A DNA stretch of 40,000 nucleotides from Delftia acidovorans NBRC 14950 (lineage in GTDB: Bacteria > Pseudomonadota > Gammaproteobacteria > Burkholderiales > Burkholderiaceae_C): positions 7,454-47,453 of the forward strand of contig NZ_BCZP01000030.1 in assembly GCF_001598795.1 (NCBI RefSeq). The letters run 5' to 3'. The notes beneath the pieces were generated by a model. That model saw only the letters and a program-made list of their open reading frames with translations, was not told where the DNA came from and ran no database searches. The position numbers and the translations under genes were made by a program. Positions 6,734-15,090 of this stretch are shown here, piece by piece. Numbering within the stretch: position 1 is the first letter of the stretch; each line of letters opens with the position of its first letter.

Positions 6734-6876
6734 CCCGCCCACAGGGCGGGCATGTCCTCACAAGCCATAAAAAGCCCCATCCAAAACACACCCAGACACA
6801 CCTCTGTCATCCATTTCCCACACCCCTCCGTGTTTTCCCCAATCCCCCCCCGCCCCATCAGTCCTAAACTCACGCT

Positions 6877-6913
6877 TGTTTCAAGAAAAAAGTGTCATTT
6901 CAAATTTGAAACA
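6877..6913. promoter_or_regulatory. AT-rich palindromic candidate operator/promoter of the SDR-IclR operon
   Basis: A perfect 14-bp palindrome TTTCAAATTTGAAA sits at 6898-6911. An extra half-site TGTTTCAA (6877-6884) is inverted relative to TTGAAACA (6906-6913). The site is 31 nt upstream of ATG 6944 and is the most AT-rich spot in the region. Confidence 0.35.
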
Positions 6914-6943
6914 GACACAAACCCCCTTCGATTGAGGTACGCC

Positions 6944-7714
6944 ATGAACACCACGCCCTCCACAGGCCAGCTTGCCGGCCGCCGCATCCTCGTCACAGGC
7001 TCGGCGCGCGGCCTGGGCTTTGCGTTCGCCAAGGCCTTTTGCGAGCAGGGCGCGCGTGTCGCCATGGCCGATCTGCGCGAGGAGCTGCTGGCCGAGTCCG
7101 TGGCCCGGCTGCGTGCGCAGGGCTTCGAGGCCCATGGCTTCGGGCTGGATGCCGGCAATCCGGAGTCGATAGAGCGCTGCGCGCAGCAGGCCGTGCAGGC
7201 GCTGGGCGGGCTGGACGGCCTGGTGAACAACGCGGCCGTGACCGATTCGGGCGGCAAGGGCATGGACGACATCGATCTGGACAAGTGGGACCAGGTGATG
7301 AACGTGAACGTGCGCGGCGTTTGGCTGATGACGCGGGCCTGCCGCGCCGCGCTGCGCGACAGCGGCCGGGGCGCCATCGTCAACCTGGCGTCCGACACCG
7401 CGATGTGGGGCGCCCCCAACCTGATGGCCTATGTGGCCAGCAAGGGCGCGGTGATGGCCATGACGCGTTCCATGGCGCGCGAGCTGGGCGCCGACGGCAT
7501 CACCATCAACGCCGTGGCGCCGGGCCTGGTGCTGGTGGAGGCCACGGAGTACGTGCCCGAGCACCGCCACCGCCTGTACATCGACCAGCGTGCGCTGCAG
7601 CGCGAGCAGCGGCCCGAGGATGTGTCGGGCGCCGTGGCCTATGCGCTGTCCGATGGCGCGCGCTTCGTGACGGGGCAGGTGCTGCCCGTCAACGGCGGCT
7701 TCGTCATGAATTGA
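6944..7714 (+). CDS. SDR-family oxidoreductase (classical)
   Basis: 256 aa from ATG 6944, with GAGGT at 6934-6938. It has TGSARGLG (TGxxxGxG), NNAA, and catalytic S...YVASK (YxxxK). Confidence 0.9.
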   Translation: MNTTPSTGQLAGRRILVTGSARGLGFAFAKAFCEQGARVAMADLREELLAESVARLRAQGFEAHGFGLDAGNPESIERCAQQAVQALGGLDGLVNNAAVTDSGGKGMDDIDLDKWDQVMNVNVRGVWLMTRACRAALRDSGRGAIVNLASDTAMWGAPNLMAYVASKGAVMAMTRSMARELGADGITINAVAPGLVLVEATEYVPEHRHRLYIDQRALQREQRPEDVSGAVAYALSDGARFVTGQVLPVNGGFVMN

Positions 7715-7726
7715 AGGGGTTTCGCC

Positions 7727-8614
7727 ATGACCGACACCACCCCTTCCGGGAATGCCGAGAGCGCCGAGAGCGCGGACAACGGCGCCGACAAGTACATGGT
7801 GCCCGCGCTGGAGCGCGGCCTGCGCCTGCTGCAGGAGTTCGGGCGCGGCAATGCCACGCTGGGCGCGCCCGAGCTGGCCCGCCGCCTGCAGCTGCCGCGC
7901 GCCACGATTTTCCGCATGCTCAACACGCTGGAGGCCATGGGCTTTCTGCAGCGTGCCGAGGGCAGCAATGACTACCGGCTGGGCCTGTCCGTGCTGCGCC
8001 TGGGCTTCGAGTTCCTGTCGTCCATGGACCTGACCGAGCTGGGCCAGCCCGTGATCGCGCGGCTGTGCGGCGAGATCCGCTATCCCTGCAACATCGTGGT
8101 GCGCGATGGCCGTTCCATCGTCTACGTGGCCAAGGTCACGCCGCCCACGCCGCTGACCAGTTCGGTGCGTGTGGGCACGCGCCTGCCCGCCCATGCCACG
8201 GCCCTGGGCCGCGTGCTGTTGGCCGACCTGTCCCTGCCCGAGCTGCGCGCGCTCTATCCCGAAGACCACCTGGAAGCGCACACGCCCAAGACGCCGCGCA
8301 CGGTGCTGGACCTGTTCAACCTGGTCGAGGCCGACCGCGAGCGCGGCCATGTGTTCAGCGAGGGCTTCTACGAAAGCTCCATCTGCACCATCGCCGCCCC
8401 CGTGCGCGACCACAGCGGCCGCGTGGTGGCGGCGCTGGGCACGACGGTCCCCGCGCCCCATGTGGAGGAGGGCCGTGCCGAGACCCTGATCGCCGGCGTC
8501 TGCGACGCGGCGGCCGAGCTGTCCGAGCTGCTGAACTACCGCCCGCAAACGCAGACGCAGACGGCACAGCTGCTTTCCCTCAATTCCCGGCGCGCAGGAG
8601 GCGGCCATGTTTGA
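7727..8614 (+). CDS. IclR-family transcriptional regulator (paralogue 2)
   Basis: VPALERGLRLLQEF...LARRLQLPRATIFRMLNTLEAMGFL; RLPAHATALGRVLL; CTIAAPVRDHSGRVVAALG. It is roughly half identical by eye to the IclR at 3124-3930. The C-terminal QTQTQT tail comes from a short CAGACG repeat. Confidence 0.9.
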   Translation: MTDTTPSGNAESAESADNGADKYMVPALERGLRLLQEFGRGNATLGAPELARRLQLPRATIFRMLNTLEAMGFLQRAEGSNDYRLGLSVLRLGFEFLSSMDLTELGQPVIARLCGEIRYPCNIVVRDGRSIVYVAKVTPPTPLTSSVRVGTRLPAHATALGRVLLADLSLPELRALYPEDHLEAHTPKTPRTVLDLFNLVEADRERGHVFSEGFYESSICTIAAPVRDHSGRVVAALGTTVPAPHVEEGRAETLIAGVCDAAAELSELLNYRPQTQTQTAQLLSLNSRRAGGGHV

Positions 8615-9404
8615 TTCCCAACTCAAGGACACCACGGCCGTCGTCACCGGCGGCTCTTCGGGCATTGGCCTGGCCACGGTCGATCTGCTGCTGTCGCAGG
8701 GCGCGCGTGTCGCCCTGTGCGGGCGCAGCGCCGAACGCCTGGAGCAGGCCGTGCAGCAACTGCGCGGACGCCATCCCGAGGCCCGCCTGTTCGCCCAGGC
8801 CTGCGACGTGCTCGACGCCGCCCAGGTGCAGCAATTCGCGCGCGACAGCGAGGCTGCGCTGGGTCCGGCCTCCATCCTCGTGAACAACGCGGGCCAGGGC
8901 CGGGTCTCGACGTTTGCCAGCACCGACGATGCGGCCTGGACCGAGGAGCTGCACCTGAAGTTCTTCTCGGTGCTGCATCCCACGCGCGCCTTTTTGCCGC
9001 AGCTCGAGCGCATGGCTGAGCCGGCCATCGTCTGCGTCAATTCGCTGCTGGCCTCGCAGCCCGAGCCGCACATGGTGGCCACCTCGGCCGCGCGCGCCGG
9101 CCTCAAGAACCTGGTGCGCTCCATGGCCACCGAGTTCGCGCCCAAGGGCGTGCGCGTCAACGGCATCCTGGTCGGCCTGATCGAGTCCGGCCAGTGGCGC
9201 CGCCGCTTCGAGGCGCGCGAGGACCGCAGCCAGGACTGGAACGCCTGGAGCGCCGACCTCGCCCGCAAGAAGTCCATTCCGCTGGGCCGCCTGGGCTCGC
9301 CCGACGAGGCCGCACGCGCCATCTTCTATCTCGCCACGCCCCTGTCCTCCTACACGACCGGCAGCCACATCGACGTCTCCGGTGGCCTTGCACGGCAAGC
9401 GTAG
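8607..9404 (+). CDS. SDR-family oxidoreductase (atypical active-site region)
   Basis: VTGGSSGIGLA (TGxxxGxG) and NNAG are present, with Ser in VNSLLA. At the expected YxxxK position the sequence reads TSAAR (see finding). The start overlaps the IclR stop by 8 nt. Confidence 0.85.
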   Translation: MFDSQLKDTTAVVTGGSSGIGLATVDLLLSQGARVALCGRSAERLEQAVQQLRGRHPEARLFAQACDVLDAAQVQQFARDSEAALGPASILVNNAGQGRVSTFASTDDAAWTEELHLKFFSVLHPTRAFLPQLERMAEPAIVCVNSLLASQPEPHMVATSAARAGLKNLVRSMATEFAPKGVRVNGILVGLIESGQWRRRFEAREDRSQDWNAWSADLARKKSIPLGRLGSPDEAARAIFYLATPLSSYTTGSHIDVSGGLARQA

Positions 9405-9438
9405 TGCTCCAGCCCCTTCACCCGATTCAAAGCAGAAC

Positions 9439-11145
9439 ATGACTTCTTCCGCATCCAAAATCACCGTCGGCGCCGTTGTGGCCCAGTTCCTCGAACACTG
9501 CGGCGTGCAGGCCGCGTTCGGGGTGATCTCCATCCACAACATGCCCATCCTGGACGCGATGAATGCGCGCGGCCATGTCCGCTTCGTGATGGCGCGCGGC
9601 GAGGCCGGGGCCGGCAATATGGCCGATGCCTGCGCGCGTTCCACCTCCAGCCTGGGCGTGTGCATCACCAGCACCGGCCCGGCCGCCGGCAACATCGCCG
9701 GCAGCCTGGTGGAGGCCTATACGGCCGGCACGCCGCTGCTGCACATCACGGGCCAGATCGAGACGCAGTACCTGGACCAGAAGCTGTCGTACATCCACGA
9801 GGCGCCTGACCAGCTGACCATGCTGGGCGCCGTGTCCAAGGCGGCGTTCCGCGTGCGCAGCGCCGAGACCTGCCTGTCCACCCTGAAGGCTGCCGTGCAG
9901 ACCGCCATGACCGCGCCCACGGGGCCGGTGAGCGTGGAGATTCCCATCGACATCCAGCAGACCGTGATCGACATGCCGGCCGACCTGTCGCCGCTGCCGG
10001 TGGCCGTGCTGGCCCCCAGCGAGGCATCGCTGGATGCGCTGGCCGACACGCTGGCCAAGGCACGCCGCCCGCTGCTGTGGCTGGGTGGCGGCGCACGCCA
10101 CGCAGTCGCTGCCGTGCAGCGCCTGAAGGCGCTGGGCTTCGGCATCGTCAGCACGGGCCAGGGCCGCGGCATCGTGGCCGAGGACGATCCGGCCTCGCTG
10201 GGCGCCTACAACATCCAAAAGCCCGTGGAGGCCTTCTACCAGCGCTGCGACGCCATGCTGGCCGTGGGCACGCGCCTGCGCAGCAATGAGACGCTGAAGT
10301 ACGAACTGAAGCTGCCGCGCCCGCTGCTGCGCATCGATGTGGACGCCGCCCAGCAGGGCCGCTGCTACGCCGATGACGGCTTTGTCTGCGGCGACTCGGC
10401 CTTGGCGCTGACAGGCCTGGCCGACCGGCTGGAGGCGCGCGGCTACAAGGCCGACCCCGAGCTGCTGGCCGACCTGCGCCAGGTGCACGACGAGGCCGTG
10501 GCCACCATGCGCGACGGCCTGGGCCCGTACAGCGTGCTGGTGCAGGAGCTGCAAAAGGCCGTGGGCCGCAACTTCAACTGGGTGCGTGACGTGACCGTCT
10601 CCAACAGCACCTGGGGCAACCGCGAGCTGCGCTTTTTCGAGCCCAACGCGGGCGTGCACGCCACGGGCGGCGGCATCGGCATGGGCATGCCCATGGCCAT
10701 CGGCGCGGCCGTGGGCGCGGCGGTCAGCGGCTCGGGCCGCAAGACGCTGGGCCTGGCGGGCGATGGCGGCTTCATCCTGAACCTGGGCGAGCTGGCCACG
10801 CTGGTGCAGGAAGAGTGCGACACCCTGATCGTGCTGATGAACGACCAGCGCTATGGCGTGATCCAGAACATCCAGGACGCCTCCTACGGCGGCCGCCGCT
10901 GCTATGTGGAGCTGCACACGCCCGACTACGCGCAGCTGTGCGCCTCCATCCAGCTGCCCCATGCCCGCGTGCAAGACCTCAAGGAGCTGCCGGCGGTGCT
11001 GCAGTCGGCCTGGACGAAGAAGGGCCCCTTCCTGCTGGAGATCGACATGCGCGCCATCGGCAATTTCAAGGCCACGTTCTCGGGCCCGCCCGTGAACAAG
11101 CTGGACCAGATTCCGGCCACCACCACGGCCACCAAGGCCGCCTGA
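9439..11145 (+). CDS. Thiamine-diphosphate-dependent enzyme (acetolactate-synthase/benzoylformate-decarboxylase superfamily), substrate unknown
   Basis: 568 aa from ATG 9439. The N-terminal PYR domain contains ...ARGEAGAGNMADA... with the catalytic Glu. The C-terminal ThDP motif is GDGGF-x22-LMND (LAGDGGFILNLGELATLVQEECDTLIVLMNDQRYG). Confidence 0.9.
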   Translation: MTSSASKITVGAVVAQFLEHCGVQAAFGVISIHNMPILDAMNARGHVRFVMARGEAGAGNMADACARSTSSLGVCITSTGPAAGNIAGSLVEAYTAGTPLLHITGQIETQYLDQKLSYIHEAPDQLTMLGAVSKAAFRVRSAETCLSTLKAAVQTAMTAPTGPVSVEIPIDIQQTVIDMPADLSPLPVAVLAPSEASLDALADTLAKARRPLLWLGGGARHAVAAVQRLKALGFGIVSTGQGRGIVAEDDPASLGAYNIQKPVEAFYQRCDAMLAVGTRLRSNETLKYELKLPRPLLRIDVDAAQQGRCYADDGFVCGDSALALTGLADRLEARGYKADPELLADLRQVHDEAVATMRDGLGPYSVLVQELQKAVGRNFNWVRDVTVSNSTWGNRELRFFEPNAGVHATGGGIGMGMPMAIGAAVGAAVSGSGRKTLGLAGDGGFILNLGELATLVQEECDTLIVLMNDQRYGVIQNIQDASYGGRRCYVELHTPDYAQLCASIQLPHARVQDLKELPAVLQSAWTKKGPFLLEIDMRAIGNFKATFSGPPVNKLDQIPATTTATKAA

Positions 11146-11180
11146 GGCGGCTGGATTCGAACGAACGAGAGAGGCTCACC

Positions 11181-12656
11181 ATGTCGAACCTGGAACTGCT
11201 CCCCATCAATATCGCCGGCGAATGGCGCCTGGGCGGCGGTGGCGAATCCACCACGCTCTATCCCGCCACCGGCGAAGTGGTGGGCCGCCTGCGCGCGCCC
11301 AGCCTGGAGGATGTGGAGGAGGCCATCCAGAAGGCCGACCACGCCTTCCGCACCAGCGGCTGGGCCCAGAAAAAGCCCCATGAGCGCGCGGCCGTGCTGC
11401 ACCGCGTGGCCCAGCTGATCCGCGAGCGCGCCGAGCCCCTGGCCCAGCTGCAGCGCCTGGACAACGGCAAGCCCATCAAGGAAACACGCATGCTGGTGGC
11501 CAGCGCCGCCGCCACCTTCCAGTTCTTTGCAGCGGCCTGCGAGACCATGGAGGAAACCATCACGCCCTCGCGCGGCGACTTCATGACCATGAGCGTGTAC
11601 GAGCCCATGGGCGTGGTGGCGGCCATCACGCCGTGGAACTCGCCGATCGCCAGCGAGGCGCAAAAGCTCGCTCCGGCGCTGGCCGCCGGCAACGCCGTGG
11701 TCGTCAAGCCCGCCGAGGCCACGCCGCTGCTGGCGCTGGAGCTGGCCAGGATCTGCGAAGAGGCCGGCGTGCCCAAGGGCCTGGTCAGCGTGCTGCCGGG
11801 CCGTGGCTCGGTGATTGGCGATGCCATCACCAAGCATCCGCTGGTCAAGCGCGTGTCGTTCACGGGCGGCACGTCCACGGGCAAGCACATCGCCCACATC
11901 GCGGCCGACAAGATGATGCCGGTCTCGCTGGAGCTGGGCGGCAAGTCGGCCACCATGGTGCTGGCCGATGCCGACATCGACCATGCCGTCAACGGCGTGC
12001 TCTACGGCATCTTCAGCTCCTCGGGCGAGTCGTGCATCGCGGGCTCGCGCCTGTTCGTGGCGCGCAGCCTGCATGCCGAATTCATGCAGCGCCTCACGGC
12101 CAAGGCCGCCGCGCTGCAGGTGGGCGACCCGGCCGACGAGCGCACGCAGATGGGGCCGCTGATCACCGCCAAGCACCGCGAATCCATAGAGAGCTATGTG
12201 GCCCTGGGCCTGTCCGAGGGCGGCCGGCTGCTCACGGGCGGCCAGCGGCCCGAGGGCGCGCAGTTCGAGCGTGGCTACTACTACCGCCCGACCATCATCG
12301 ACGGCGTGAAGAACGACTGGCAGATCTGCCAGCAGGAAATCTTCGGCCCCGTGCTCGTGGCCATGCCCTTCGACAACGAGGACGACCTGCTTGCCCAGGC
12401 CAACGACAGCGTCTACGCGCTGGCCGCCGGCATCTGGACGCGCGACTACAAGAGCGCCTGGCGCATTGGCCGCGCCGTGCAGGCCGGCACGGTCTGGATC
12501 AACACCTACAAGCAGTTCTCCATCTCCACGCCCTTCGGCGGCTGGCGCGACAGCGGCCTGGGCCGCGAGAAGGGACGGCTGGGCATACAGCAGTACATGG
12601 AGCAAAAGAGCATGTACTGGGGCTTGAACGAGAGCCCCATCGCTTGGGCAAATTGA
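11181..12656 (+). CDS. NAD(P)-dependent aldehyde dehydrogenase
   Basis: 491 aa. It has ITPWNSP, VVKPAE, FTGGTSTGK, ELGGKS (catalytic Glu), SSGESCIAGSR (catalytic Cys) and EIFGPV. Confidence 0.92.
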   Translation: MSNLELLPINIAGEWRLGGGGESTTLYPATGEVVGRLRAPSLEDVEEAIQKADHAFRTSGWAQKKPHERAAVLHRVAQLIRERAEPLAQLQRLDNGKPIKETRMLVASAAATFQFFAAACETMEETITPSRGDFMTMSVYEPMGVVAAITPWNSPIASEAQKLAPALAAGNAVVVKPAEATPLLALELARICEEAGVPKGLVSVLPGRGSVIGDAITKHPLVKRVSFTGGTSTGKHIAHIAADKMMPVSLELGGKSATMVLADADIDHAVNGVLYGIFSSSGESCIAGSRLFVARSLHAEFMQRLTAKAAALQVGDPADERTQMGPLITAKHRESIESYVALGLSEGGRLLTGGQRPEGAQFERGYYYRPTIIDGVKNDWQICQQEIFGPVLVAMPFDNEDDLLAQANDSVYALAAGIWTRDYKSAWRIGRAVQAGTVWINTYKQFSISTPFGGWRDSGLGREKGRLGIQQYMEQKSMYWGLNESPIAWAN

Positions 12657-12667
12657 AGGAGCACGAC

Positions 12668-13630
12668 ATGAGCGTACTGGGCATAGACGAAATCACCTAC
12701 GGCGCGGACGACCTGGCCACCTGCCGCCGCTTTTTCCTGGACTGGGGCCTGGCGCTGGTCCAGGAAGCGGACGACAGGCTGGTGTTCGAGACCCTCAACG
12801 GCTGCCGCGTGATCGTGGCCGCCGTGGACCATCCCGATCTGCCGCCCGCCATCGAGGCCGGCCCCACGCTGCGCGAAGTGGTCTGGGGTGTGGAAAGCGA
12901 GGCGGACCTTGCGCTGTACGCCGGTCGCATCGCCGCGCTGCCGGGCTTCACACAGGGCCAGGGGCGCATAGGCTGCACCGACCCCAACGGCCTGTCCGTG
13001 CGCCTGCAGGTCACGCAAAAGCGTGATGTGGATGTGCAAGGCGCCGCCTACAACACCTGGAACCGCAAGGACCGCGTCAACCAGGCCAGCCCCGCCTACG
13101 AACGCGCCCAGCCCATCGAGGTCGGCCATGTGGTGTTCTTCGTCAAGGACGTGCAGGCCTGCGAGCGCTTCTACGTGGACAACTTCGGCTTCGCGGCCTC
13201 GGACCGCTACCCCGAGCGCGGCGCCTTCCTGCGCTGCGCACCCGACGGCGGCCACCACGACATCTTCCTGCTGCAGCGCCCGGCCAAGGACGCGGGCCTG
13301 AACCACGTGGCCTTCACGGTGCGCGACATCCACGAGGTCTTCGGCGGCGGCATGCACATCTCGCGCTGCGGCTGGGATACCCAGCTGGGTCCGGGCCGCC
13401 ATCCCGTGTCCTCGGCCTATTTCTGGTACTTCCGCAATCCGGCCGGCGCTCTGGTCGAGTACTACGCCGATGAGGACCAGCTCACCGCCGACTGGCAGCC
13501 GCGCGAGTTCGAGCCCGGCCCCACGGTGTTTGCCGAATGGGCCATCGATGGCGGCATCGACGGCAACACCCGGCGCCAAAAGGGCGTGGGTACCAGCGAC
13601 GGGAAATTCATCACCGACAAGCGGCATTGA
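12668..13630 (+). CDS. Two-domain VOC-family protein, type I extradiol ring-cleavage dioxygenase-like
   Basis: ATG 12668 is preceded by AAGGAG (12655-12660). The candidate Fe ligands fall in the usual spacing: H in VGHVVFFVKD, H in LNHVAFTVRD, E in ALVEYYADED. Confidence 0.8.
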   Translation: MSVLGIDEITYGADDLATCRRFFLDWGLALVQEADDRLVFETLNGCRVIVAAVDHPDLPPAIEAGPTLREVVWGVESEADLALYAGRIAALPGFTQGQGRIGCTDPNGLSVRLQVTQKRDVDVQGAAYNTWNRKDRVNQASPAYERAQPIEVGHVVFFVKDVQACERFYVDNFGFAASDRYPERGAFLRCAPDGGHHDIFLLQRPAKDAGLNHVAFTVRDIHEVFGGGMHISRCGWDTQLGPGRHPVSSAYFWYFRNPAGALVEYYADEDQLTADWQPREFEPGPTVFAEWAIDGGIDGNTRRQKGVGTSDGKFITDKRH

Positions 13631-13682
13631 GACCGCGCCTGACGGCCTACCCCCACAACCCAACCACCCCACGGCCCCCACC

Positions 13683-14660
13683 ATGAACAAGACACGTCGC
13701 CAGGTTTCTCTTGCCGCTGCATTCCTGGCTGCAGCCACGCTGTCCGGCACCGCGATGGCCCAGGCCTATCCGGCCAAGCCCATCACCATCATCGTGGCCT
13801 ATCCGGCCGGTGGCGACACCGATGCCATGGCGCGCCTGTATGCCGAGAAGCTGTCCACGCGCCTGGGCCAGCCCGTGCTGGTGGACAACCGCCCCGGCGC
13901 CAGCGGCACCATCGGCAGCGTGCATGTGGCCAAGGCCGCGCCGGACGGCTACACCCTGCTGCTGGCGCCCAATACCTTCGCCATCGCGCAGTTCGTGCTC
14001 AAGACGGCCTCGGGCTCCAGCTACGACGTGCTGCACGGCTTCACGCCCATCGTGCAGACCAGCGTGCAGCCCATGTTCGTGGCCACCAACCAGGCCTCGG
14101 GCATCAAGGACATGAAGACCCTGATCGCCCAGGGCAAGCGCGACGGCCTGACCTACGCCAGCCCCGGCAGCGGCTCGCCCATGCACATCCTGGGTGAGAT
14201 GTTCAACCGCGCCGCCGGCACGCGCATCGCCCACATCCCCTACAAGGGCGTGGCACCCGCCGTCAACGACCTGATCGGCGGCCATGTGCCCACGACCTTC
14301 ATGACCTGGGGCCCGATCGCGCCCTACGTCGGCGGCAAGGTCACCGCCCTGGCCGTGGCCGACAGCCAGCGCAGCGCGCTGGCCCCCAATGTGCCCACCC
14401 TGGCCGAGCTGGGCGTCAAGGACGTGGAAGTGTCCGCATGGCAGGGCCTGTTCGGCCCCAAGGGCATGTCGCCCGAGACCGTGAAGCTGCTGAACACGCA
14501 CCTCAACGAGATCCTGAAGATGCCCGACGTGGTCTCCAAGATGGCCACCTTCGGCGCGCTGCCCGCAGGCGGCGAGCCCGCGCGCCTGGAAAAGACGAAT
14601 GCCGCCGATTTCAATCGCTTCGGCAAGCTCATCAAAGACCTGGATATCCGCGCTGACTAA
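13683..14660 (+). CDS. Bug-family (TctC-like) tripartite tricarboxylate transporter substrate-binding protein
   Basis: Signal peptide ...LSGTAMAQA. It has the Bug hallmarks YPAKPITIIVAYPAGGDTD, VDNRPGASGTIG, APDGYTLL and IPYKG. Confidence 0.9.
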   Translation: MNKTRRQVSLAAAFLAAATLSGTAMAQAYPAKPITIIVAYPAGGDTDAMARLYAEKLSTRLGQPVLVDNRPGASGTIGSVHVAKAAPDGYTLLLAPNTFAIAQFVLKTASGSSYDVLHGFTPIVQTSVQPMFVATNQASGIKDMKTLIAQGKRDGLTYASPGSGSPMHILGEMFNRAAGTRIAHIPYKGVAPAVNDLIGGHVPTTFMTWGPIAPYVGGKVTALAVADSQRSALAPNVPTLAELGVKDVEVSAWQGLFGPKGMSPETVKLLNTHLNEILKMPDVVSKMATFGALPAGGEPARLEKTNAADFNRFGKLIKDLDIRAD

Positions 14661-14800
14661 ATGACCTACCCCCTGAGTCGCTTCGCGCCTTCCCCCAAGG
14701 GGGACGACACCCTCGGTGCGGGGCGGCCCTTCCTCGGTGTCCCTGAGGTCGGGCTGCGCCGGTTTCGCGCGATACGGGTGGCGGGCGACGCTCCGGGCAA
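14661..14800. repeat. REP-like GC-rich palindromic intergenic element
   Basis: It contains CGCTTCGCGCCTTCCCCCAAGGGGGA, with the palindrome TCCCCC-AA-GGGGGA. An imperfect stem GGGAC(GA)CACC...GGTGTCCC is also present, and CCCTGAG occurs twice. Track ORF 14661..14855 is the translation of this repeat. Confidence 0.35.
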
Positions 14801-14844
14801 TGAAGCCGAACCACGATTCAAGACAGTTTTCGAAGGAGAGAACC

Positions 14845-15066
14845 ATGGCCGCTGATCGCTATCTCGAGCCGCACCAGGCGCGCGAACGTGCCCCCACCCT
14901 GATGGAAGACCTGCTGGGCGATTCCATCGAACGCGCCTTCGGCGAAGGCGTGCAGACCCTGCCCGAACTGGTGGCCTATCTCAACCGCAGCGGCCCCGCC
15001 GGCGAAAACGGGCAGGCCTGGACCGAAGACAGCTTCCAGGCGCTGATGGCGCGGCTGGGCTATTGA
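14845..15066 (+). CDS. Small conserved-looking hypothetical protein (73 aa) preceding the Rieske oxygenase
   Basis: ATG 14845 has a strong RBS, AAGGAGAG (14833-14840). Codon usage is host-like. The stop lies 24 nt before the Rieske gene start. Sequence: MAADRYLEPHQARERAPTLMEDLLGDSIERAFGEGVQTLPELVAYLNRSGPAGENGQAWTEDSFQALMARLGY. Confidence 0.55.
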   Translation: MAADRYLEPHQARERAPTLMEDLLGDSIERAFGEGVQTLPELVAYLNRSGPAGENGQAWTEDSFQALMARLGY

Positions 15067-15090
15067 TACCGAGCAGGACTGGAGAGCCCC

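Noticed and set aside
5502-6791. Small ORFs across the repeat region: 5502..5825 (-), 5675..5956 (+), 5888..6217 (-), 5892..6080 (+), 6082..6456 (-), 6111..6365 (+), 6289..6630 (+), 6555..6791 (-), and the 161-aa long form 6042..6527 (-).
   Set aside because: They translate the GC-rich repeats or the structured leader. They have no RBS and contain repeat-derived pseudo-peptides (…SLRYGATCVG…, …ESDDEA.LSFGR.ATPQ…, mirrored on both strands). Only the 82-codon version, 6042..6290, has start and RBS support.
9439-11145. ThDP enzyme as IolD (the missing inositol-pathway hydrolase) or as biosynthetic acetolactate synthase.
   Set aside because: It lies in a different operon 20 kb from iolCB and is shorter than typical IolD. 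It has no adjacent ilvN/ilvH small subunit or other ilv genes. Only superfamily membership can be supported.
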